DNA from: Amoebophrya sp. A120 | Taxonomy: Eukaryota; Protista; Dinoflagellata | Assembly: GCA_905178155.1 (NCBI GenBank) | Contig: CAJINV010000007.1 | Span: 352,597 to 400,635 of the forward strand | Length of the DNA stretch: 48,039 nucleotides | Direction: 5' to 3' | Part shown: positions 35,495 to 45,912 of the stretch, one piece after another | Layout of the letters: every line of letters starts with the position of its first letter | Position numbering within the stretch: the first letter of the stretch is position 1 | Program-made: the position numbers and the translations under genes | The notes under the pieces: model-generated | What the model was told of the DNA's origin: nothing | Seen by the model: only the letters and a program-made list of their open reading frames with translations | Databases searched by the model: none

Positions 35495-38400
35495 TCAGAA
35501 CGGCGTGCACCTGGAAGCGATGTTCAGGGCGCAGTCGGTTTGAAAATACGTGCACCTTGTGAACCGCAGTTTGTCGACCTCCTGCTTCGACACCCTATGC
35601 TTTGCAAATATGTCTGGGTCTGGAAACTTGTAATGCTAAAAATGCATGATATTCTCACTGCAATACGCAGCCAAGCATGACAACTTTTGCGGGCTGCTAG
35701 GTGTTGCGTATTCCGCATGACAAACTGCGTTTTTGCATGACATGCAAGAGAGCCTCTTCGCGCTCACGCAACACAGATTTGAGAACTAGGAGATGTCTTC
35801 ATGACAAACTTCCAGACCCAGACATATTTGCAGTTCATACACCCCCGCCAGGAGCAACACCTGCTTGGCCACCGGATCCTCGCCCCGCAGAGGGTACTCC
35901 ACGACCGTTTTTGTGTGGAAAAATGCCCCCTCCCCATATCAAAATGGAAATTTGTGATGCTGATCTGTGGCCACAAATCGGATTACTCTTGCAGAAAATG
36001 CTTCTCGATATTTTCCAAGCCTGTTCGAGTATGCAGAAGGCTAGCGATGAAGCATGGCAAACAGGTTTGCAGTAGTCGAAAGCGCATGACAGACTCGCTG
36101 TAGAATGCGCCACAATACTCCCATTAACCTATAGGCAAGACAAATCTGATTTGTGTACGCAAACCCAGCATCACAAGTTTCCTTTTCGACCATATGGGAA
36201 GGGCGCATATTTCCTTTTGATAACCGTTTTTGTGTGGGTGTCGTAGGTATCAGACAAGATCAAATCCTATCAAATGTAAAAGTGTCTGGGCCTGGAAGAA
36301 TCCGAAACTTGTTATGCTGTTTTTGCATGACACAGAATGTCTGTCATGGAAGCCCTAGCATCACAGATCTTTAGAGGCCATCCTGGTACCTATTCCGCAT
36401 GACAAATGCCCTACACGCGTAGCACAAACCGGACTTCTTTTGCTGGTCATGCAATACAGAATTTTTTAGAGTCCAAAGTTAGCATCACAAGTTCCAACCT
36501 TCCAGACCCAGACATTTTTGCAATCCATAAATCCACCTTTCGTGGGTTCAAACTCACCATCGAGTGCGACGTCGAACCACCCAACGCGCCGGCGCTGGAG
36601 TTGAACTTGCTGTCATCAGTTTCGTCGAGAAACTTGGAACCTGATTTTCAAATCGAAATTATGTTGCTAATGTGGGGAGCTTGTTTGTTGCCATGCACAG
36701 AAGTGCCCCACAATGAATATAATTATCGGGGGCGTTAAGAACTGCAACATCCTTGTCCTACACGACCTTGCAACACAAAAGCTACTACTTGCTTTTGTAC
36801 CTCCCGTGTCTCCCCCCGGACTGAGTTCCTCGGGGTCCTCGCTTTTCACCAAATTTGGACTCGAGGCAGTCAAGTTCTGGCTCACGTAACTCAAGTTCGT
36901 CAGGTGATTCTCCCGGAGCCGGTGTCGCAGCAACTCTGCTAGATAAACCGACTGTTCGTTCGGCGAGGTCACGTCGTGGATCCCGTGAAAGAGCCGAATC
37001 CGCCTCCGCGGCAGCCGCTCGAACAGGAGGGGGTGTCTTGCCAGGAGCTGCAGCGGGGAATGCTCTTCGATTTTCTCCTATGCATTGCAAACATGTGGTC
37101 TGCACACTAAGATTGCAAGGCTTGTCATGCACATTTCGCATGACCCAAGGTTTGTCTGTGATGCATGCCCTAGCACCACAGAGTTTTTGCGGACTTCTTC
37201 ATGCGTATGATCGTCCCGAATGACAAATACACTCTCTGCGTAAGTAGCAAAAACTGGAAGTCAACTCCTCTTACTGCTCATGCAATGCACATTTCTTTTT
37301 CACTCCACAGGCAGCATCACAAGTTGCACTCTCGTTCCCGACCCAGACTACATATTTGCATTTGATATCTCCTCCACCCCGGCGAACATTTGGATGATTT
37401 CCGCGGGGATCGCCGCCTTCGCGAGGTGATCCTGCATATGAACTGCAAATATGTCTGGGTCTGGAAGAGTCGGGGCTTGTCATGCACATTTTGCATGACC
37501 CATCAGGTCTGTGATGCTGGTGCTAGCATCACAGATTTTTTGAGAGCTTCTTGATGCTAATTACGCATGACAAATGCCCTCTCCGCGTGCCAAGAGCTGA
37601 CTCCTCTTACTGCTCATGCAACACAGATATTTTTAGAATCCGCAGACAGCATTACAAGTTCCACTCTTCCAGACCCAGACATGTTTGCATTTGATCCTGC
37701 AAACCCGGCAAATCGTACACACCCGACCACCCGAAAAAGTTCGCAAACTTAAACTCGTCGGTACCCAGGAGGGCGAGCAGAGCCAGGTGCGCGCCGGCAG
37801 ACTGGCCACACAGAGTAATTTCGTTCGGATCGATGATGGGCAATAGCTTCGGTTTATGGTCCAGCTGATGTGTACTACCAGCAGCTGCCGAATGATCACC
37901 ACCCCCGCCGCCCACTTGTTGCTGTTTCAAGCTCGCATTGGAACAACAACTCGGGTTGTTGCTGTTGGGGATGTTCTGCTTCACCCACCGCAGCGCCTGC
38001 AAAACGTCGTCAACCATCTCGCGGAAGGTGGCGAATGGAAAATTCCGGTAGTCGATGGAAATCGAGACCACCTTCCCGCTCTCCGCTAGGTGTCCGCTCA
38101 ACGCTGCACACCAGTACCGATGGCCGATCGTCCACGCGCCGCCAGTCACGACGATGACGAGCGGAAGCTTGTATGCTGAGCAAAAACGTCCCCACACCAG
38201 AGTCAGGATGGGAAATCTGCTAGACAAATCACCAGGCTTTGGCTGTTGCGCACGACAAATTTGGGCTCGCAATGTAGTGGCGCTTAGCTAGTGCAGCAGC
38301 ATCACAGATTCAGCACAACATGCAGACTTAAGCATCACAAATATCAAAACACCACTAGAAATTGCTTCTCATGGGTATCCCATGAGAAATATTTTCAGCA

Positions 38401-40575
38401 TGCAGATATGCATTACAACTCTGGGGTGGGGACGTTTTTACAAATGATAGCTTGTAGTTCGGATTTTGCAAGTCCTTTTCCGTCAGGTTCAGCGGGTAGA
38501 AAACTTCCAACACATTCCGGCTGTGCTTTCCGTACTGGAAGGTCTCCGTGTAGCGGAAATTCTTGTACGAGTTGTTCTCACCGGTGGATCCGGATGAAAA
38601 GCTTTTACCCTGTGGTCCACCACCGATCAGCTTCCTTCCGCCGTACACGTACCTCCACCACACCCAAATGATAGCTATGCATTGCAAAAGCAAATAAAGT
38701 ATAATTGCACTGCTATGATAAAATTGCATGACAAGAAAATTCTCGACATAGTTGCAAAAATGGATTTTCTCATGCGCGACATTTTATTTCAGGTAAGATA
38801 GCATGGCTCTGTAGTCAACATGCCAGACTCCTGCAGTACGAAATTATACTTGCTTCATGCTCAGGATACCCCCGGGAAAAACGCAAATCCCGACGATGAC
38901 GATCCCCTGCAGGTACCGAATGAAGGTCAAGATCCACTGCGTCCAGAACAATGGGTTGAGAGTAATCTGAATCAGCCAGAAGTAAAGTCTCGGGAACCGA
39001 AACACCCGTTTATTTTTCCCCTGCTGTTTTGTTACAATCAAAAGCGCCCCCATCCCAGAAGCTGGCAGCATTTTCACGTGTATTGCAAACCTTTCCAATG
39101 AAAACAATCCCCGTCTTGCATATACCAGCATCACAAATTCGCCATGCTGAATAGCAAAAATTTGTATTGCAAAAGATCCCAGAAAGGGCGGCGCTTGTCA
39201 TTCAAGCGATGCTGTATACGACTAGACTCTGCATCACAAAGATTCATAGTGCTTTCATGCAAGACAAAAAGTTTTCATTTGGAAACTTCGCATCACAACT
39301 TATGGCAACTTTCGGGGTGGGTGCATTTTTCATTGTGATATGCTTCTGGAGGTACTCTTCCCGCGCGTCCGGGGAGTTGGTGAAGGGGGATGCGTATGAA
39401 TTGCAAAAAGTGTCGTACTCGTATAAATGCATTACAAATTTTCCCAGCGTGAGAAATAAAACTTGTAATGCGGTTTTGCCTTAAGAAAAACATTTGTAAT
39501 GCAAGACTTGCATTTATACGAGTACGATACTTTTGCACAGGATAATGCGTAGTTGCTATCCTCTGAAACGGAGCCGACGGAATTGTACGAGTACCGGTTG
39601 CTGGAGCGATTCGAAGCCGTGCTGTACCCACGATTCCGCCCGCCGTGCTGCGGATATGAATTGCACAAGCATCGCACTTCTAGTATGAATTGCATTACAA
39701 ATTTCCTCAGCATGAGAACTGGAATTTGTGATGCTGATTGACGTTAGGAAAAAGATTTGTAATGCATAACTGCAATTTTTACCACGAGTACGATACTTTT
39801 GCAATACATAGCGGATGGATGTTCGCGATTTCCACGTAGAACAGATGCAGCCAGAACTTCTTCACCGGTCGCTTGATAAACTTGTAGCACTCGGTCACGA
39901 TGGTTCGGCACAGAAACGGGATGAAGGTGACGATGAAAATCACGGACGAATAGAGAATGTAGAAGTAGCTTTCCGCGGTGGAAACCTTCTTCGTGGACGG
40001 TCCTTGTGGGTTCCCCGTGCTGCTCGTGTATTCTTTCGTACCACTGTGCTGCCCGACCGAGCGGGACACCTGCCGGATCTGCGACCCGTAGTTCATCTGC
40101 GTGTTCACGGTTTTATCCAACAGAAAAAAGGCTAGAGCACCTCCACATTATGCAAAAATAAACACACAGCAAAGAAAATCTGTCATGGGCGGGCCCATAG
40201 CCATAGCACGCTGCTCTTGCTACGTAGCATGTTGTGCTTCTAGCTTTTTTCTGTAGGATATGCCCGGGGCGACAGCTCCGAACTGCTGGTGACCAGGGAA
40301 TTCGCTCCAGACAAATCCTCCGATGGGGTGTAGTTCCAGCTGCGGAGCAGGTTCTCAAACCGCGTACGGTCGACGTTGAGGGACTGAAATAGCTCGTTTT
40401 CGTAGCGGTTGTTGGGCACATTGAAGGTCCACTCGTCCCCGCGGTAGACGTGGATCAGACCGTAATCCGCGTCATTGGTCGGTAGAATCAGCGGCGAATT
40501 CGACATCGGGGAGGATATCTGTGGCGACCCGGGTGAGGCCGCGGGGAGGTAGTGCCGCCGCGGGGTTTCCGGCAT
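35495..40575 (-). CDS. Isoprenylcysteine methylesterase (ICME)-like alpha/beta hydrolase with N-terminal TM segments
   Basis: VVTGGAWTIG, IDYRNFP, nucleophile GQSAGAH, HGIHD (Asp), THT (His), YPLRG, C-terminal TPF*; 11 TIR-derived introns plus one GT-AG intron at ~36641-36788/36800. Start uncertain. Confidence 0.87.
35596..35839. mobile_element. Introner family A
   Basis: TIRs; TSD CACCC. Confidence 0.9.
35909..36222. mobile_element. Introner family B
   Basis: TIRs; TSD ACCGT, extended to a 15-bp direct repeat. Confidence 0.88.
36268..36529. mobile_element. Introner family A
   Basis: TIRs; TSD AATCC. Confidence 0.9.
37079..37367. mobile_element. Introner family A
   Basis: TIRs; TSD TCTCC. 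Confidence 0.88.
37437..37696. mobile_element. Introner family A
   Basis: TIRs; TSD CTGCA (direct repeat extends to GATCCTGCA). Confidence 0.9.
38172..38449. mobile_element. Introner family C
   Basis: TIRs; TSD GCTTG. Confidence 0.9.
38676..38868. mobile_element. Degenerate family-E introner now bounded by GT...AG
   Basis: TAT...ATA termini, TSD lost; on the minus strand GTATCC...GCATAG (38869-38675, 195 nt) is in frame. Confidence 0.7.
39030..39340. mobile_element. Introner family D
   Basis: Similar to 20820-21124; TSD TGTTT/TGCTT. Confidence 0.87.
39395..39544. mobile_element. Introner family E
   Basis: Long TIRs; TSD ATGCG. Confidence 0.9.
39655..39810. mobile_element. Introner family E
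   Basis: Sister of 39395-39544; TSD GCGGA. Confidence 0.9.
40114..40260. mobile_element. Introner family F-like, TSD not recognisable
   Basis: TATCCAACAGAAAAAAGGCTAG / CTAGCTTTTTTCTGTAGGATA; removing element plus 5 nt restores the frame. Confidence 0.75.
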
Positions 40576-42938
40576 AGAAGCAATACCGCAGCTTTTGTTG
40601 TTCACCAGGGGGTCGTTTAATTTTTGACTTAAAAAAGTTTTCGCTCGGTGTGGTCCTCCTCGAAGAGGCCCACAGGTGAAAACAACTATGAATTACGATG
40701 TTGTCAGCACGGAGGAGTAGGTAGTGATTCCCTTTCATCTCGGTGAGAAAAAATAGTGACGAAATCACATAAACCAAATGGCAATGAGCACGCACCCTCC
40801 ACACTCTTTCTTTTCACGCTTCTGTGCAAAAACAGCAAACGTTGGCTACTGCGGCATGCGGAACGAGGCGCAACTACCTCAAGAAAATGCCTCACACCTC
40901 CAGCAGATGTAGTTGTGGAAGTTGTTGAAAAATGTCTCTGCACCACGCAACGAAGGAGGAAAAGTCTACCGCGCTTACTTCTATCTCTCAGTGGCCCTTG
41001 TCAATTTTTCCAAAACACAATGCCGCCGCGCTACTGATCCCGAACAACAGACGAAATACAGTAGGAGGGTCAGTGAGACTTAGTCACACAAGAACCGCAG
41101 TCAATGACGCCTCGCCACCTTTTGGTGCTATTCCCCCGATTTCGCTGCCAGCCAGCCTTCGTCGCGCAGTGCGGTCACAGAGTTCGTATGCCAATGAGCC
41201 ATGGCGCCTCGCAACCGCCCGCTTTCGCCGCCCTTCCTGACGGCGGTCAAAAAATTAAGTAACACACTGTGAAGAGGCCACGGCGGCGCGCCTTCGCCCC
41301 GCCGCGCCATGGACAAAAATGCCGGGCGGGGGCCGTTGAGGGCCGGAGCGTCCGGCCGGGCGCCGCACTTGGTCACCCAAAATAAGCGCCCTGGCCTGGC
41401 TGTCCTGCCTAGGGTCGGCAATTCTCATCCGGGGCGCCGACCAAGCCACGCACCGGCTCGCCTGGGCCTCCGCAAGGGCCTTGCTGCTGCTGCGCGCGCA
41501 CCTTCGTTCGGACCCGACCAACAGCGGGGGGCCGCCACCCCCGGAGGTCCGGCGCAACGCCGCGGCGCCGTCGCGCGCCGGGCCCCGTCGCGATACCGCA
41601 GGGCCCGCAAATACTGGCTGAGCTGGGTGGGACCTTTGTGCGCACGCGCGTCGTCGGCTGCCCGTCCTGCTGGCCCTGAGTGCCGCCGTTCACCTCGGCG
41701 GTGTAATGGCCAGAATTCTTGGGCTCGCGGGGGGCCGTGGTGCAAAGTCACCGCATGGAGTTCGTACGTTTGCGACGCAGGGCCCTTAGGGGCTGGGGCG
41801 CGGCCGGCTGCGGGGGCTTCCCGCCGGCTCTGGCAGTCGGCGTCGGCGCCGGTCGCGGGGGCGGCGGATAGGCTTCAGCGGTGGGCGTCTTGATTCCGCG
41901 CTCCAGCCGCGCCGCGGGCGCATGTTTTGCCGCATATCGCTCCCACTCGTCTTGTTCCACGCACAAACGCCCAAGCCCCTTGCCACAAGGCCGCCCTTTG
42001 GAGTAGGCGAAGGTCTTCCCGGCGGAACCGCGCGAGCTTCCTGGCTGGGTCGTCGAAAGGTGCGGGGCACTGAAGTCCAACCAGGTCGCCGCTGATCTGC
42101 CACCGCGTTCGCCCATAATTCCGACACTGCTTCGCCGTGGTTCTCCATCAAGAAGCAGGCACACGAAGCAAAATGTTCGCTCGGTGTGGAGGTTCTGCTC
42201 CTCGTGCACAGATGAAAACAACTATGAATGTCGTATGCACAGTGAGAATAAACGGGGTAGATCAATTCATCTCAACATAAACAATGAGCACGCACACACG
42301 TCGCTCTCTGAAGTGCTTTTGCGCAAATTCATTCACAGTCCGGCTCTGCGCCGAAACGCACTTACCTCAAGAAACTCAACAGAACTTGCAAAGCTTATTA
42401 AAGCTGTATCTCCGCACGGCGCGAAGAAGGAAATCGTATAGATACGCACTGCTATCTCTCCGTGTCCGCGGTCGCCCTCAGAAGTTTTATCACAGAGGTC
42501 TTGCGTGTCCTCGTTCTTGCTACTGCCGTTGAAAATACCGAACAAATGAAGACCTACAGCAGTTTCAGCTGTAGAAAAACTTGAGTCACATCTGGCGCGT
42601 CTTCTTTCTGGCAAACTTTATTTCTCAATCGCCATGAAGTAAAATCAAAGAATTCATATGTCTGTGCTTCACTTGTATAAGTCTGATTTTTATCAGGTCT
42701 GCTCAGTTATACTTTCAAACCTCAGGAGTTGCAAGGTCACGCAGTTGGATCACAGGACAGCAGTCGTGCTAGGGTATACTACTTTCTATACTGTTCTCGC
42801 CCAACATGACTACACGATCATCCTGCCTCTCGTATGAACAATCTCCGTGCAAGAACAAAGCACCAAAGACTTTTTAACTTTGTCTCGACGCTGCCACGAC
42901 ATCAAAAACAACCTCCTCCAATGATCACCACCAGTCTC

Positions 42939-44497
42939 TTACTTCGTCGGCGGGATGTAGGCGTTCGTGTACAAGTGCCGGGCTTTCTTCAACATCGCCA
43001 TCTTGTTGTCCTTCCGCTCGATGTAATCCCCAGTCGACCCAACATCTCCGAAGAAGAACAAGCTACTCCCAGGCGAGTCGATCCCGTTGTCCGGGAAAGT
43101 CTTCGTGTCCGGCGAATCCCGCCCGTACGGCATCGTGTTAAACCGGTAGTTCAAAAACTGGTCGGAAATCGCCTCCACACCATCGTGGGCGACGGCATCC
43201 GGGGTCAGGTACTTCGTTAACTCGCTAAAGTCCCGCTTCTCCGTATCCTGTGGAAAAACGTCGCCGCCACCCCAGAATTGAAATGAGCTGCACTGCAAGA
43301 TAGCAACACAAATCCACAAGTTTTGTGTGTTGCACATGTTGACAAGCTTGGGCTCGTAGTGTCGTCCTAATTAGCATTTTAAAGCGCATCACAGATCGAT
43401 CATCTTATTCTGGTTCCAGCATGGCAAGTCGCCAGATAGCATTAGAAACTGCTGCTCAGCATGGGCGTGCGCATGAGAAACTTTTTGGGTTTGCGGATTC
43501 GCATGACAAAAACTCTGGGGAGATGGGGACGTTTTCACTATGGATACTCCGTGGCTTCCTGGATCGCTTGGTCCCACAACTTTTCCAAAGCGATTACTTT
43601 CCTGATAAGTTTTATTTCTGCAAGATCATTACTTCCTATTCGTATATCGTATTCTGTCGTCCTTTACGTGCATTACAAAAATTCAGTATCACCTCGTTTC
43701 CGCATCACAAATTTTGAAGAACCAGAAAAATAAGTACATGTTGTATTTCTGCATGCGCTGTTCCAGGTCCTCGGACTCGGAGAGGAAGAAACTATGCATT
43801 GCAAATATGTCTGGGTCTGGAAACTTGTGATGCAAGGAAGGGAATAGTGAGCTCAGTGCAATGCGCTGCCAAGCATGACAAGTTTTTTTCATGTTTCTGA
43901 GTTGCGTATTCCGCTTGAGAAACTGCGTTTTTGCATAACTACGGGGAGGAGGAGCTCTTCGCGGCCACGCAATACAGAGTTCAGAGTCATGCCAGATTAG
44001 CATGACAAATCTCGTCGCAACCTCCCAGACCCAGACTGATATTTGCATTTGATAAAATCCACTACCCCACATCTTCGAGGTTAGCTCGTACATCCGCAGC
44101 TTCTCGATTGCCATATACGCATCGGTTTCCGAGACAACGTACCTGAGCAAGGTAAGTTTTGGCTCTGTAGTCTCGTCGCCCATCTTTTTTCTTTTTGTCC
44201 TACTTGATCTTGATCTTGAATGAAGAACTGCATGAGAAATAATGCTGCTACCATGCACGCCCGGCATCGCAGAAAAAAGTATCAAAAAAAATTATTATAC
44301 GAGACAAACAGGTTGTATCCGAGCAAAACGCCCAGCACGCCGAGGCATTTCAATCCGAAACCCGGCAATTGCCGATCCCACTCCGCCACTGCTGGCCCGA
44401 GTGAACTGCCGTACATCTTTACGACGAAGTCTTTCACCGACGTCATCACCAATTCCATCGTTGGCCGCTTGGACCGGAGCCATAACCTGGGGATCAT
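42939..44497 (-). CDS. Probable myzozoan cytochrome c oxidase subunit, ApiCox25-like
   Basis: Hydrophobic segment, then EKLRMYEL...WGSGFFLSESED, LEKLWDQAIQEAT, YRFNTMPYG..PDT..FP, GDYIERKDNK and YIPPTK*, resembling apicomplexan ApiCox25 as recalled (not searched). N-terminus and first intron uncertain. Confidence 0.65.
43244..43546. mobile_element. Introner family C
   Basis: TIRs; TSD CTCCG. Confidence 0.9.
43793..44054. mobile_element. Introner family A
   Basis: TIRs; degenerate TSD GAAAC/AAATC. Confidence 0.85.
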
Positions 44498-44678
44498 GAT
44501 GATGAATCAGCGGGGTTTTTCATCTTCATTGTAAGTGGGGTAGTGCATAAAAAGATTTCACAACGAGTTGAATTATCTGTCTTCCGCGACCGAATAATTT
44601 TATCCGACTTCCTCAGAACTCACTACTTTGCGTGAAGGCTACAGCAGTTGCAAGTGGGGTATTGTCGGCTGTGAGACT

Positions 44679-45912
44679 ATGTGCGTGTGCGTGTGCGAGT
44701 GTGCTTGGACATTTGCACACGCACACGCACACCCTGGATCTGCGTGGTGGCGGTGTGCACACGCACACGCACATCGCACACGCACATCGCGCGCGCGCAC
44801 AGCTGTGAGATTGCACTCGCACACGCACACGCACATCGCACTGATGTGCGTGTGCGTGTGCGTGTGCGTGTGCGAGTGTGATTGCACATTTGCACACGCA
44901 CACCTGGATCTGCGTGGTGGCGGTGTGCACACGCACACGCACACGCACACGCACATCGCGCACGCACATCGCGCGCGCGCACAGCTGTGAGATTGCACAC
45001 GCACACGCACATCGCACTGATGTGCGTGTGCGTGTGCGTGTGCGTGTGCGTGTGCGTGTGCGTGTGCGTGTGCGTGTGCGTGTGCGTGTGCGTGTGCGTG
45101 TGCGTGTGCGTGTGCGAGTGTGATTGCACATTTGCATACGCACACGCACACGCACGCCTGGATCTGCGTGGTGGCGGTGTGCACACGCAAACGCACATCG
45201 CGCACGCACATCGCGCGCGCGCACAGCTGTGAGATTGCACTCGCACACGCACACGCACATCGCACTGATGTGCGTGTGTGTGTGCGTGTGCGTGTGTGAT
45301 TGCACATTTGCACACGCACACGCACACCTGGATCTGCGTGGTGGCGGTGTGCACACGCACATCGCGCACGCACATCGCGCGCGCGCACAGCTGTGAGGTT
45401 GTACTCGCACAAGCACACACACACGCACACGCACATCGCGCGCGCGCACAACTGTGAGATTGCACTCGCACTCGCACACGCGCACGCACATCGCACAGCT
45501 CTAAGATTGCACTCGCACGCGCACACGCACATGCACATCGCGCGTGCGCACAGCTGTGGGGTTGCACACGCACACGCACATCGCACAGCTGTGAGATTGC
45601 ACTCACACACGCACACGCACATCGCGTGTGCGCACAGTTGTGAGGGTGCACTCGCACACGCACACGCACATCGCGTGCGCGCGCAGCTGTGAGGTTGCAA
45701 GTGCACACGCACACTTGCACACGCACACGCGCTTGTGCGCGTGTGCACGCGCGAGCGAGATTGCACACGCACACGCACGCCGCGCTCGCACCTGTGAGGG
45801 TGCAAATGCACACACACACTCGCACACGCACACGCAAATGCGCTCCCAATCGCACCCGCGAGATTGCAGCTGCAGTTGCACGACAAGCACATGCACATAC
45901 GCACGCACATGT
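44679..45912. repeat. (TGTGCG)n/(CACACG)n compound satellite with higher-order unit
   Basis: Alternating-orientation hexamer tracts with recurring anchors CCTGGATCTGCGTGGTGGCGG and CAGCTGTGAGATTGCAC. Confidence 0.95.

Noticed and set aside
7770-44285. Many short ORFs containing LPDPDIF, KMSGSG or KTSPPQS as a repeated protein family
   Set aside because: They are translations of introner TIRs.
44497-44548. In-frame TGA at 44507-44509 between an upstream ATG and the ApiCox25-like ORF as evidence of stop-codon reassignment
   Set aside because: The reconstructed genes have no internal stops and end in TAG, TAA and TGA, so the standard code fits; more likely UTR or an unrecognised intron.
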